Below the pieces are notes generated by a model. That model did no database searches. It had not been told where the DNA came from and worked only from the letters and a program-made list of their open reading frames with translations. DNA of 64,000 nt from the NCBI GenBank assembly GCA_964016885.1, contig OZ024742.1, positions 46,066,001 through 46,130,000 on the forward strand. The letters are read 5' to 3'. A program made the translations under genes and the position numbers. This document shows positions 11,900 to 26,154 of this stretch, one piece after another; the stretch's first letter is position 1, and each line of letters opens with the position of its first letter. Origin of the DNA: Eledone cirrhosa (lineage: Eukaryota).

Positions 11900-12094
11900 G
11901 TGAAGAAGATAACTCAAGATGACCATCATTACCACAAATTGACTGCCAAATTGGTCCATAGGCATAGATTAAAAATGCAAAGCCTATTCCGGAGTCTAAA
12001 GAGCTCACATGCTAAGTTTTAACTTGATTGGTCCACTGGTTTTTTAGTACATAGGAGAAAAAGACAAATAAATGAACAATTTTATATATATAGA
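11900..12094 (-). mobile_element. Probable Helitron 5' terminal fragment
   Basis: Ends ...tttatatatatagat (A|TC start on minus strand) like the complete element at 52954-53823; same strand as the helicase remnant. Confidence 0.45.
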
Positions 12095-12419
12095 TAATCA
12101 TCGTCTATTTATTGGGTTGGACAAGTTGTCATGCTTTTAAACTAGACATACCGTGCTCATATATTCTATTATGGCATGGTTTCTACAACTGCATGTTCTA
12201 CTATTATAGTATGTACTAGATATATTTTATCATGGCACAAACATCACCACCAGTTTAAAGTTTTACTGGGTGCATTTTATCAGGGCTGAGGGTTTAAAAT
12301 GGGCTAAGTAGGTATTTCTACAGGAGCAGCACACCATTAAAGTAATTTTTCCTGTTGATGAATATTATGGATTGTTGCTGTATGGGCAACCTCATGGAAA
12401 TGCAAAGTTGCCAATGTCA

Positions 12420-12960
12420 TTAACCCTTTTATTACCATATTTCTAATGCCTATGTCTTTAACCCTTTCATTACCATGTTTGTAATGAAAGACACTGCTTA
12501 TCTTATTCACTTTTGTTATCATATAGTTAATAAAATACACTGCCTATGTCTTTCACCTTTTCATTTCCATATTTCTAATGAACAGCACTGCCTATGTCAT
12601 TAACCATTTCCTTACCTTATTTCTGATGAAAGACACAACCCATGTTTTTAACCCATTTGTTACCTTATTTCTAATGGAAGACACTGCTTATGTCATTAGG
12701 CCTTTTGTTACTATATTTCTAATGAAAAGCACTGCCAATGATTTTTGAATATTTCTGAAAATAAACAAGAATTTGAAAACATTTAGCAATATATCTAACT
12801 TTCCCATTATTATCTAGTGTTTGGAACATAAATTAACAAAAGATTTTACATAAAATCGTGCTGGAAGGTTTTTTTTTTAGATATATAAACACTTCAAAAT
12901 AAAATCATGATCATAAAACCTTAGCCAGTTTCAGGCAGTTTGATAGCACAAGAGGTTAAT
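12420..12960 (+). mobile_element. Non-autonomous TTAA-CCCT (piggyBac-like) MITE with tandemly reiterated left end
   Basis: About 6 repeats of ttaaccctt..ttaccatatttctaatg; ends gaggttaa; related copies at 58618-58838, 61444-61657, 63131-63340. Confidence 0.55.
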
Positions 12961-13209
12961 TTAGATTTCAAATCTCACTTACCTGGTTCAACTTTTGCCT
13001 TTCAAAAATGATATACCATTTGTATAATAAATAAGGTCTATTGATATATTGAAGTCAATCCAAGTAACTGTTTCTCGTGCCTTCCCTTTAAATACTAGTC
13101 TAGTGCTGCCTGCTGAACAGAAATCAATTTACCTTATCAATAGTTTCCTATTGAAACATAAACCCTTACCAAAAGAGGTAAAGAGAGAGGGAAGGGGGAG
13201 AGAGGAGCA

Positions 13210-13246
<37 letters not shown>

Positions 13247-13514
13247 GGGGGGGGGAGATTTGTGCATGTCTGTATATGTGAGTGAGTGTGTAGCTTATAT
13301 TTGAAGTGCAACAGTCATAACTTCCTTCAAGGTGTTATTTTTTCTACAAAAGCAAGCCTGATATGAATCAATCAACTTAAATATGACATCTACCACCACC
13401 ACAACCACCACCACTGATTACTGAGTCAGCCTCACATCTTTTAGGAGTTAATTGTTTTGGATCTGAAAGCCTGTATTTCTTTTCTTTACCCATTCTGTAC
13501 AAATAGTACACTGT

Positions 13515-13710
13515 TTTGCAGCATAGATTTACGTCCCTTTACGTTCTGAGTTCAAATCCTACTGAGGTTAGCTTTGCCTTTCATCTTTACAGGGTCGATA
13601 AAATAAAGTGGGTTGATTTAATTGACATCCTTTCCCCAAATTTGTTGGCCTTGTGCCAGTAATGCACTGGGGTAATTGCTGGCCCTGTGCCAAAATCAGG
13701 AACCATTATT
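13515..13710 (+). mobile_element. tRNA-derived SINE family B, partial
   Basis: gagttcaaatcc B-box; gcctttcatc..gggtcgataaaataaag core. Confidence 0.8.
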
Positions 13711-13969
13711 ACTTTCTTTTCTCCATGTCATCATCATCATCATCATCATTTTACGTCTGCTTAAAAAAAATGTTAAAGCATGCTTTCTTTGTCTTTGTCT
13801 TATCAATCTTCTTTTCAAGTAATTACTACTTGAAAGGTGATGACTAGTTTGTAATTTTTACAGCTTTCATTGGGAAACTGAATATGAGACAAAATATATA
13901 TCTTCAAACCAATCAGTGACTGAAATGATTGATTCATATGGCAAAAAAACAACAACTAAATAATCTAGT

Positions 13970-14320
13970 TTGGTATATCTCAGTTGTACCCTGCAGACAA
14001 CATGGTGAAGGTATTGCTGTGGAGAACAACCAGTGACACCCACTAAATCAGCTATTCCCCCTCACATGACTCAGGTGGTATGCACTCCTCCCAATTTTGC
14101 AGAAGAAAATAACATTTCAGAGGCTAAAGTCAGCAGAGGTCTTCATGGCAACCAACATGAACAAGAACTGGTTGGTCAAATCCTGGTATTTGGATATTTT
14201 TAGCTCTTTATAGTTGGCAGTGCCTAGGTTTGTGGCTGAAACAACAAAGTTGTTCTTAAATCTGATTCCTCTGATATCTATAAAATAAGTGGCATTCAAT
14301 ATATTGGAAGTCACTTCACC
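13970..14320 (-). mobile_element. Degenerate non-LTR element 3' end with restriction-like-endonuclease-type motif
   Basis: KISKYQDLTNQFLFMLVAMKT resembles K..KY..L...F.P.A.ET; related copies at 14790-15035 (opposite orientation) and 31140-31220. Confidence 0.4.
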
Positions 14321-14364
14321 CCTATATCCTTTCTGATACAGAATTTGGTTTCATGATTTGTGAT

Positions 14365-14664
14365 GACGACACAGCAAAGAACGCCCAGCCCATACTGTAA
14401 AGTGGTTGTGTAGGTGTCACATCAAAAAGCACCCAGTACTCACTGTAAAGTGGTTGTGTAAGTGTCACGGCAAAAAGCACCCAGTACTCACCATAAATGA
14501 GGTTGGCTCTAGGAAGGGCATCCAGCTGTAGAAACTTAGCCAGAAATGAGATTGTATGAGCAAGACATGGTCACTTGACCTGGCATTGCTCACAACAGGA
14601 TAACTCATCTAATCGATGCCAGTGTGGAAAATGGACATTAAACGTTGATGATGATGATGATGAT
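14365..14664 (+). mobile_element. RTE 3'-UTR-derived short element
   Basis: cacccagtactcactgtaaagtgg..ggaagggcatccagctgtagaaa..(GAT)n; similar copies at 3195-3410(-), 20065-20228, 38167-38380(-), 52310-52561, 55060-55302. Confidence 0.8.
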
Positions 14665-15156
14665 TTATCAAAAGAAATCAATATTTTGCTAAGAAAAGTA
14701 AATGTTGTTGAGTTAGAGGTAAGTTACTGCTGAGCCAGTAAACTGACACAGTTTCACTTCCAGAGTGAAATCAAACCATCTAACTTACATCGATATCCAA
14801 ACATTGGGATTTGATTGACAACTTCCTCTTCGTGCTGGTTGCCATCAAGACCTTTCGTGACCTCAGTCTCTGAATGTGATTTCTTTTCACAAAATTTGGA
14901 GAAGTACATCCAACCTGAGGAAGGAGTCCCATGTAGTGGATTGGTTGATGCAGCAGCTGTCACTGGCTCTTTCATGTAGCAATGCTTTTGCTATCTTGTC
15001 CACAAGGCATGGCTGATAAATACCACCTAGACTGGTGTGTAGAGTTTGCCCACCCTCATCCCTGCATCTTATTTCGTTAATTTTATTGGGCAAAATTATA
15101 TAATTTAATTAAAATGTATTGAATAGATTTTTATTCTTAAAACTTTCATAACCAAT

Positions 15157-18100
15157 GCTGTCTTACACCACTGTATCACTGTAAACATTGTACATAACTA
15201 TAGCTGTCTTACACCACTGTATCACTGTAAACATTGTACATAACTATAGCTGTCTTACACCACTGTATCACTGTAAACATTGTACATAACTATAGCTGTC
15301 TTACACCACTGTATCACTGTAAACATTGTACATAACTATAGCTGTCTTACACCACTGTATCACTGTAAACATTGTACATAACTATAGCTGTCTTACACCA
15401 ATGTATCACTGTAAACATTGTATATAACTATAGTTGTCTTACACCAATGTATCACTGTAAACATTGTATATAACTATAGCTGTCTTATACCTCTCACTGT
15501 AAACATTGTACATATCTATAGCTGTCTTACACCACTGTATCACTGTAAACATTGTACATAACTATAGCTGTCTTACACCACTGTATCACTGTAAACATTG
15601 TACATAACTATAGCTGTCTTACACCACTGTATCACTGTAAACATTGTACATAACTATAGCTGTCTTACACCACTGTATCACTGTAAACATTGTACATAAC
15701 TATAGCTGTCTTACACCACTGTATCACTGTAAACATTGTACATAACTATAGCTGTCTTACACCACTGTATCACTGTAAACATTGTACATAACTATAGCTG
15801 TCTTACACCACTGTATCACTGTAAACATTGTACATAACTATAGCTGTCTTACACCACTGTATCACTGTAAACATTGTACATAACTATAGCTGTCTTACAC
15901 CACTGTATCACTGTAAACATTGTACATAACTATAGCTGTCTTACACCACTGTATCACTGTAAACATTGTACATAACTATAGCTGTCTTACACCACTGTAT
16001 CACTGTAAACATTGTACATAACTATAGCTGTCTTACACCACTGTATCACTGTAAACATTGTACATAACTATAGCTGTCTTACACCACTGTATCACTGTAA
16101 ACATTGTACATAACTATAGCTGTCTTACACCACTGTATCACTGTAAACATTGTACATAACTATAGCTGTCTTACACCACTGTATCACTGTAAACATTGTA
16201 CATAACTATAGCTGTCTTACACCACTGTATCACTGTAAACATTGTACATAACTATAGCTGTCTTACACCACTGTATCACTGTAAACATTGTACATAACTA
16301 TAGCTGTCTTACACCACTGTATCACTGTAAACATTGTACATAACTATAGCTGTCTTACACCACTGTATCACTGTAAACATTGTACATAACTATAGCTGTC
16401 TTACACCACTGTATCACTGTAAACATTGTACATAACTATAGCTGTCTTACACCACTGTATCACTGTAAACATTGTACATAACTATAGCTGTCTTACACCA
16501 CTGTATCACTGTAAACATTGTACATAACTATAGCTGTCTTACACCACTGTATCACTGTAAACATTGTACATAACTATAGCTGTCTTACACCACTGTATCA
16601 CTGTAAACATTGTACATAACTATAGCTGTCTTACACCACTGTATCACTGTAAACATTGTACATAACTATAGCTGTCTTACACCACTGTATCACTGTAAAC
16701 ATTGTACATAACTATAGCTGTCTTACACCACTGTATCACTGTAAACATTGTACATAACTATAGCTGTCTTACACCACTGTATCACTGTAAACATTGTACA
16801 TAACTATAGCTGTCTTACACCACTGTATCACTGTAAACATTGTACATAACTATAGCTGTCTTACACCACTGTATCACTGTAAACATTGTACATAACTATA
16901 GCTGTCTTACACCACTGTATCACTGTAAACATTGTACATAACTATAGCTGTCTTACACCACTGTATCACTGTAAACATTGTACATAACTATAGCTGTCTT
17001 ACACCACTGTATCACTGTAAACATTGTACATAACTATAGCTGTCTTACACCACTGTATCACTGTAAACATTGTACATAACTATAGCTGTCTTACACCACT
17101 GTATCACTGTAAACATTGTACATAACTATAGCTGTCTTACACCACTGTATCACTGTAAACATTGTACATAACTATAGCTGTCTTACACCACTGTATCACT
17201 GTAAACATTGTACATAACTATAGCTGTCTTACACCACTGTATCACTGTAAACATTGTACATAACTATAGCTGTCTTACACCACTGTATCACTGTAAACAT
17301 TGTACATAACTATAGCTGTCTTACACCACTGTATCACTGTAAACATTGTACATAACTATAGCTGTCTTACACCACTGTATCACTGTAAACATTGTACATA
17401 ACTATAGCTGTCTTACACCACTGTATCACTGTAAACATTGTACATAACTATAGCTGTCTTACACCACTGTATCACTGTAAACATTGTATATAACTATAGT
17501 TGTCTTACACCACTGTATCACTGTAAACATTGTACATAACTATAGCTGTCTTACATCACTGTATCACTGTAAACATTGTACATAACTATAGCTGTCTTAC
17601 ACCACTGTATCACTGTAAACATTGTACATAACTATAGCTGTCTTACACCACTGTATCACTGTAAACATTGTACATAACTATAGCTGTCTTACACCACTGT
17701 ATCACTGTAAACATTGTACATAACTATAGCTGTCTTACACCAATGTATCACTGTAAACATTGTATATAACTATAGTTGTCTTACACCAATGTATCACTGT
17801 AAACATTGTATATAACTATAGCTGTCTTATACCTCTCACTGTAAACATTGTACATATCTATAGCTGTCTTACACCACTGTATCACTGTAAACATTGTACA
17901 TAACTATAGCTGTCTTACACCACTGTATCACTGTAAACATTGTACATAACTATAGCTGTCTTACACCACTGTATCACTGTAAACATTGTACATAACTATA
18001 GCTGTCTTACACCACTGTATCACTGTAAACATTGTACATAACTATAGCTGTCTTACACCACTGTATCACTGTAAACATTGTACATAACTATAGCTGTCTT

Positions 18101-19475
18101 ACACCACTGTATCACTGTAAACATTGTACATAACTATAGCTGTCTTACACCACTGTATCACTGTAAACATTGTACATAACTATAGCTGTCTTACACCACT
18201 GTATCACTGTAAACATTGTACATAACTATAGCTGTCTTACACCACTGTATCACTGTAAACATTGTACATAACTATAGCTGTCTTACACCACTGTATCACT
18301 GTAAACATTGTACATAACTATAGCTGTCTTACACCACTGTATCACTGTAAACATTGTACATAACTATAGCTGTCTTACACCAATGTATCACTGTAAACAT
18401 TGTATATAACTATAGTTGTCTTACACCAATGTATCACTGTAAACATTGTATATAACTATAGCTGTCTTATACCTCTCACTGTAAACATTGTACATATCTA
18501 TAGCTGTCTTACACCACTGTATCACTGTAAACATTGTACATAACTATAGCTGTCTTACACCACTGTATCACTGTAAACATTGTACATAACTATAGCTGTC
18601 TTACACCACTGTATCACTGTAAACATTGTACATAACTATAGCTGTCTTACACCACTGTATCACTGTAAACATTGTACATAACTATAGCTGTCTTACACCA
18701 CTGTATCACTGTAAACATTGTACATAACTATAGCTGTCTTACACCACTGTATCACTGTAAACATTGTACATAACTATAGCTGTCTTACACCACTGTATCA
18801 CTGTAAACATTGTACATAACTATAGCTGTCTTACACCAATGTATCACTGTAAACATTGTATATAACTATAGTTGTCTTACACCAATGTATCACTGTAAAC
18901 ATTGTATATAACTATAGCTGTCTTATACCTCTCACTGTAAACATTGTACATATCTATAGCTGTCTTACACCACTGTATCACTGTAAACATTGTACATAAC
19001 TATAGCTGTCTTACACCACTGTATCACTGTAAACATTGTACATAACTATAGCTGTCTTACACCACTGTATCACTGTAAACATTGTACATAACTATAGCTG
19101 TCTTATACCTCTCACTGTAAACATTGTACATAACTATAGCTGTCTTACACCACTGTATCACTGTAAACATTGTACATAACTATAGCTGTCTTATACCTCT
19201 CACTGTAAACATTGTACATAACTATAGCTGTCTTATACCTCTCACTGTAAACATTGTACATAACTATAGCTGTCTTATATCTTTCACTGTAAACATTGTA
19301 CATAACTATAGCTGTCTTACACCACTGTATCACTGTAAACATTGTACATAACTATAGCTGCCTTATACCTCTGTATTACTGTAAACATTGTACATAACTA
19401 TAGCTGTATTATACCTCTCACTGTAAACATTGTACATAACTATAGCTGTCTTATATCTCTGTATTACTGTAAACA
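15157..19475. repeat. Satellite array, 46-bp unit GCTGTCTTACACCACTGTATCACTGTAAACATTGTACATAACTATA, about 94 copies
   Basis: Near-perfect head-to-tail units without spacers; 42-bp variant units are enriched at the right edge. Confidence 0.98.
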
Positions 19476-19807
19476 ATTTCTTGTTCACAACTACTGTATG
19501 CTGTTGACAGTGTCACAGAGAACTACTAGTGAACCTGTTGGGTTTAAATTTCTTTTAGAGAAAATATACTAGTGGTTTTTCATTACACTCTCCTGGTGCA
19601 AGGAAAACCCTTTACTGAAAACTAAAGAGGCCATGTTAATTTCTAGTCTTTTTGCTCTTTGCTGTATTTATCTGTATCTATTTTAGGATCTATATAGTTA
19701 AATGAAGTGAGTCAATAATAAACACCAGTAAGATACTGTTGAATCACTTTATTATAATAACTCTTTTACACACACATATATAGTAATAAATATATATATA
19801 TATATAT

Positions 19808-20055
19808 AGCAAGACACTTTATTTCACGTTGCTCCAGTTTACTCAGCTGTAGAAATGAGATGATAGGGACTGGGGTCTATATCATTCCACTGCAAAGTGG
19901 TCGTGTAGGTGCCACGTCAAAAAGCACCCAGCACTCACTGTAAATGAGGTTGGTGTTAGGAAGGGCATCCAGCTGTAGAAATCAAGCCAAAATCAGTTAC
20001 CGTCCCACCCTTGCAAGCAGGGAAAAAGCGGACGTAAAATGATGATGATGATGAA
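19808..20055 (+). mobile_element. SINE family A, 5'-truncated
   Basis: Matches body and tail of 44768-45080. Confidence 0.85.
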
Positions 20056-20579
20056 AATGATAAACATGCAAATGTGGTTGGCATTAGGAAGGGCATCCAG
20101 CCATAAAAACCAAGCCAGAGACAGTTCTGTATAAGCTACACATTGTCATCTGATCTGACTTGTCTCACAACGTGACAACTTGTCTAACCCATGCAAGCGT
20201 TAAAAAATGGACATTTAACAATGATGATGTATATACACCTGTAATAGTCATACTAATTCAGAGAATGTATCTGTAATAGTTACACTAGTTTGGTTTGGGA
20301 ATTATTGTTAAGAGTACCTGCTAATTGATGTTAGACATCCAGTTCATTGTTGAAATGAAAGAGGATCCCTCCTCCTCATCATCATCATCACAACTACCAT
20401 CACCATCACTACCACAACCATAATCATTATCATCACGTATTGGATTCTGACTAATTTCACCATCTCAATGTTTCTGTACAACTGCCACCATCTTCTTCTG
20501 AATTAGTGTATAAAACAAAACACTAAATTATTTATTGTTTTGTATTGAGAATCTACAATTTTGTAATGTTATATCCTTA

Positions 20580-20800
20580 ACAAACAACACACCTACATAC
20601 CTAACTACCTACATGGCTAGCTAGCTAGTAACCTACCTAACTACCAGCTAGCCTACTTGCCTGCTTAGCTACCTGTCTATCTACCTATATACCTACCTAC
20701 TTGCCTTTTTACCTACCTACCCTACTACCTATCTACCTGCCTCTGTAACTACCTAATTACCTACCCTCCTATTTATCTTCCTACTTACCTACCTTTTTCC
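20580..20800. repeat. Degenerate (CTAC)n microsatellite
   Basis: Directly visible. Confidence 0.85.
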
Positions 20801-21134
20801 TTCCCTTTATATCTATCACACATACACACACACACACCTAGCAATAAGCCCTGTAATCTTCTTTGTCTGTAGTTGTATGAATGCAAGTGAAAGTAAATCT
20901 AGTAAATTTACCATTAATGTCTGAACTGTAAAGGCTATATATATGTAATTGCCACACTCCTTTATATTTAGCATCAAATGTTAGCTGCAACACTTTCATC
21001 TATCATAAAATATTGCTTGGTAGTTTTAGTCAGCTTTGAGTGGACACGTGATAACTGAGCAAGTATTTTCCCATAGTACTGCCCACACAAGCCAAGTATT
21101 TTCCCATAGTACTCCCCACACAAGCCAGATCACT

Positions 21135-23153
21135 GTCGAACTCATTACTGAGTGCTATGCAAGTATTTTTACTGTTGAAAACCAGAATGTACCATCTCCA
21201 CCATCTCTAACATCAAATTCCATAACAACTATGGAATTTACACCTGCAATGTTGCGACGTCACCTTAAGAATAAGCGCAACTATTGTGTCCTTGAGCAAG
21301 ACACTTTATTTCACATTGCTCCAGTTTACTCAGCTGTAGAAATGAGATGATAGGGACTGGGGTCCCTATCATTCCACTGCAAAGTAGTCGTGGAGGTACC
21401 ACGGAAAAAAAGCACCCAGCACTCACTGTAAATGAGGTTGGTGTTGGGAAGGGCATCCAGCTGTAGAAATCAAGCCAGAATCAGTTCCGTCCCATCCTTG
21501 CAAGCAGGGAAAAAGCGGACGTAAAATGAAATGAAATGAATGAATGCCTCCCCTGGTCTTGATGGTGTTACATACCTGCTTCTCAAACGTGGCGGGTATT
21601 TCCTTTTGCACCAGCTTTCTTTCTTCTTTCAATACTGTCTCAACAATGGTGCTACTCCGGAGCAGTGGAAAACTGCCAGTGTCATTCCCCTGTTCAAAAA
21701 GGGCAACCGCATGTCACCTGTCAACTATCGTCCAGTCAGTCTTACTAGCTGTATGGCCAAACTGATGGAATCCTGTGTCAGAGAAACACTTTGGAACTTC
21801 TGGAGCTCTCACAGCCTCATCCGGCCCTCGCAGTTTGGATTTATCCCCAACTCCAGCTGCTGTGATCAGCTTATCAAGTTCCTTGAAGACATCACCCGGA
21901 TCACTGACAGCAGCTCATGGGTGGATGTTGTTTACCTTGACTTTGCTAAGGCTTTTAATTCTGTGCCACACAAAAGACTTATGGCAAAACTCTCTGCAAT
22001 GGGTGTGAGGGATGATCTTTTCGACTGGTTGAAATCCTTCATTCTCAACCGAAGAGAGGTAGTCACGGTTCTAGGACAGCATTCTTCACCATATGAGATG
22101 TCATCTGGTGTACCACAGGGATCTGTTCTTGGTCCCCTTTTGTTTGTGGCATATATTAATGACATAGATGCCAACTTATAGAATGCAACGGTACTGAAAT
22201 ATGCAGATGACATCAAGCTGTACCTTGAAATCAAAAGGACTGATCCTGAAATCTACAACTCTTTCCTACAATCAGACCTGGACACAATGCAGCAATGGAT
22301 CACAGACTGGCAACTGAAGCTGGCTGTGGACAAGTGTACCACCATGCATTTTTGGAGGAAAAATCCAGCGTCCACATACTCCCTCCACAACACTGATATC
22401 AAGAAGTCCTCTTGTGAACGTGACCTGGGCATGACTGTCAGCAGCGATTTGCGTTGGACAAAGCATGTCTCTAAGATTGTCAAGAAGGCCGAGGGTGTCT
22501 TGGCATCACTCAGCAAGACCTTTGTTAGCCGCTCTCCAGCCATCTATTTAAAACTGTATACAGCTATGGTACGACCACACTTGGAATTTGCATCATCAGT
22601 CTGGAACCCCTATCTTGCTCAGAACATTGACCTCCTGGAAACTGTTCAGAGACGTGCAACCAAGCGCATACCCTCCATCAGACACCTACCATACTCTGAA
22701 CGCGTTGCTTTCCTGGGCATGGATTCATTAAAGCTCCGACGTCTGGCAATGGACTTGGTAAACACCCACATAGTTATTAACCATTTCGCCAACAACAACC
22801 CAGAGCACCTTTTTGATCTCCATGTGTCTAACACGTGGACATGCCTACAAAATCAGAAAACAGCACAGCTCCCATGACTTTCGTAAACATTTTTTCACGC
22901 TCAGAGTTGCTGAAGCATGGAACAAACTGCCTGCATCAGTTGTTAGCTGCCGAAACACTGCATCCTTTAAAACCCTCATGCTTCCCGAAATACGCCAAAA
23001 CTACACCTGATGTACCCCTTCCATACATATGCACACATGTGTATATCATGACTCATGCACTGTTCATTTTCCAGACGTTTGTACATTACATACACTTTTT
23101 GATGAGTTGTAGTGCACCTGAGCACTGTACACAATATTTCATTATTATTATTA
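21135..23153 (+). mobile_element. 5'-truncated CR1-clade LINE, interrupted by a SINE
   Basis: SPGLDG, NYRPVSLTS, VYLDFAKAF, GVPQGSVLGPLLF, YADD, RPHLEFASSVWNP, FFTLRVAEAWNKLP; stop at 22179-22181, frameshift ~22836; (ATT)n tail. Confidence 0.92.
21282..21543 (+). mobile_element. SINE family A nested in the CR1 ORF2
   Basis: Splits ..RRHLKNKRN / ASPGLDG; (TGAAA)n tail. Confidence 0.9.
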
Positions 23154-23375
23154 TATGCCTATAAATCTAACATGCTTAGAATGTACAGATATAAATCAGC
23201 AAATGCTTCACTTCGATTAATTAAATGTTTGGTCAGAGTTGCCTGATCAATTTCATAAAAAACAGAGCTCAATTTTCAAAACATAGCAGATTGTGTTATA
23301 AAGTAACCCAGTTGACATCAGTGGGATTTTAAATCAAATGAGAAAATAGCTGGAACAAATGCTACAATGTTTTCT

Positions 23376-23555
23376 ATCTGGTGTTCTAATGACTCTGCCA
23401 ATTTACCATTTAAAAAATAATAATAATGAAAATTATTGTGTACAGTGCTCAGGTGCAATACAACTCATCAAAGGTGCATGTATAGTACATAGAATAATGT
23501 ACAATTGTCAGGAAAGTGAACAGTGTATGAGCCATGATACACACACAGATACATG
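23376..23555 (-). mobile_element. CR1 3'-UTR fragment
   Basis: Reverse complement of 23030-23153; further copy at 47830-47978(+). Confidence 0.85.
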
Positions 23556-24537
23556 CTAACAAGCTATTATAGATGCTGTTAAATGCATATGGTCACGAGA
23601 GTTGAATCTCACAGTAGGGTTGATAAAGGGTTAAGACAAGTGGATTGATGCTGTACTGGAAAAGACCTGTCCAACCTATACAAGAATGGAAAAGCAGATG
23701 TAAAATGGTGATGATGTTTACATATACTCATATAATCCACATGTTTTATATTTCAGTAAGCTTTTGGCTAAGTGGCCTCGACATTCCCCACTATGTTAAA
23801 TTTACTTAATAACTGGGAAACGCCTTCTCTATTCTGTCCGCTGGGGCAGCCAGTGCGTGGGCCCTCAACTACTCATAATAGTGAGAGATGGGGAGAGTGG
23901 GTGAGATGGAGCCAGTGACAGTGGGAATTTGGTTCCTGTGTTTTCAGATCTGGTGTATATGTATATGTTACACAGACAGACACACATACATAATACTCTT
24001 ATCAAATTATACTTTAAACTTGAGTCACTTTTAGTAGAACATATCTTCACTGGGAAAAATTCAGTTTCATACTAAAAAAAAGTTTTTTGTTTTATTTTGG
24101 CTCACCATTATTGGTATATATAAACTAGAGGTTTTAGTTATAAGCTCCACTAGAATAAACAAATGTAAACACACTTTGTTATTCTCTTTGTACATAAAAA
24201 AATCTTCAAGATATATTTACATGTTTCAAAGGTAGTTAGTTGGTTTTTCACCAGAAAGTAACCATACTGTTCCACACACAAAAAGAATTGATATTTATGT
24301 CAAATGCAAATTAGAACTTAAGTGAAATAGCCAGCCTTATTTGTATAATATACATTAATTTAGCAGTGGGATTAATTAATTAATAGATATCCACAACACA
24401 ATGTATGTTAGAACATCTAAGATAAATTTAATGTAGATATAACCCAAGGTTTTAATTATAAGCCATGTTGTGAAAAAAACAAACAGACTGTGAGCACACC
24501 TTTGTTATTCTCTGTATATATTTTATTTTCTCTCTTT

Positions 24538-24750
24538 GGAGGGCAGTGCATTGGGAGAATCGGTAGATTATTGAACAGCATGCTTTGTGAGGTTTAGTTA
24601 CAGCTCTTTATATTCTGAGTTCAAATCCTGCTGAGGTCAACTTTGCTTTTTATCCTTCAGGGGTTGATAAACAAAGTACCAGTGAAGTATATAACTGGCA
24701 TTCCTCTCCCTCCAAATTGCTGGCCTTGTGTCTAAATTAGGAACAAATAT
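24538..24750 (+). mobile_element. SINE family B
   Basis: A-box-like head, gagttcaaatcc B-box and shared core. Confidence 0.8.
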
Positions 24751-26154
24751 GAATATAGGCCTGTCTGAGAAATGGGCACAAATTGAAACCTTATTTATGT
24801 AGAATTTAGAGTTTGTGAAATTTGTCAAAATATTGATCCCAAATATAAGCTGACGCTCCTTCTACCATTGATTGTCTTTGGTCACATATTCCTTGGCTTA
24901 TATTCGAGTATATACGGTATATCTTTCACTTAATCCTTCTATGGATTAACGTTACAGAAAATGGCAATGTGTAAGGTTTCATGAAAACATTTTTGTAGAG
25001 GAACCTAAATAATATTTATGTTATTGTAAAATAGATTAAGCATTCCAGAGTGGTTTTACATCCCACCTCTAAAAACAAACACCTGCTAAAAACTCTGATA
25101 GACATCTACTTTTACAGCACTATGATGCATCTATGCAGTTTATTACTACACAAATTGCAGCAGTGTGTGTATATATATATATGTTTGTTTAAACACATGC
25201 AATAACATCCATGGATTTTCAGAGGTGTATAGCTTCATGTGTATAATGTGTATATTGATTCTTCTACACATACAGAGCAGTTTAGACTGCATGTTCATAT
25301 ATAGTTTATATATTTTTTCCCTTACTGAGTACCTTTTAATTGTTCTTTCATTCATATATATAGAGATATAAGGGTGGGTATGAGGGAGGGATGTCTCATT
25401 TTTTATTAATTTCATTTTATCTCAATATTTCTGATATTTTATCGATCTTTGTTCCTACCTATAATAATGAATAATAAATTTATCTTATACACATATATTA
25501 CATCTGTGTTCATTCCTTTCATATTTAGTTAGCTATACTCATTCTGTGTGGTGGTTTATAAGCTTTATTTTCAGTAATAAGTCTGCTATCATCATCATCA
25601 TCATTGCAAGGGTTGGGCATGACTGAATAATGTGTTGTGTATTCTTACATTCACTGTGATTGTTGCATACATTGCAGTTATTTCATTATTTTAAAAAAAT
25701 TCTATTGCCCCCACACACACATCCCCCCTTTTAAAGGAATAAACTGATTTACCCAGTGATTCTGAACATGGGGTGCAGGCCTCTTGAGTAACTTAGTAGG
25801 CAATTCAAATATCTTTTTGGATAAATTAAAAAATTGATATTGTTTTTAACACCAAACATATTTTCATATTGATGTGGACATCAAATTGGACATCTAGTTG
25901 GGCATAGACCAAAAAGAGATTAAGAATGACTTCATTTAAGTTGACAATAATAGTGGGAAAAGTATGAAAGTCACATAATCTCAGTCTTTCCTCTTGAAAC
26001 ATCTGACATAGTGTCTGGAATCAAAACAGAATGTATTTTCTTACTCTGGTACAAGAAGACAAACTTAAGAGTTTGGAATGGAATTGACTGATATCTTAAG
26101 AATGACATCAACTTACCACAATTATAAATATTTCATCGTTAAACATCTATGGTT

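Noticed and set aside
15157-19475. CRISPR-like array
   Set aside because: Units are contiguous with no unique spacers, there are no cas genes, and the context is eukaryotic
23760-23775. CTTTTGGCTAAG resembling the U2 snRNA 5' end
   Set aside because: Only 12 nt match; no ATCAAGTGTAGTA or Sm site follows
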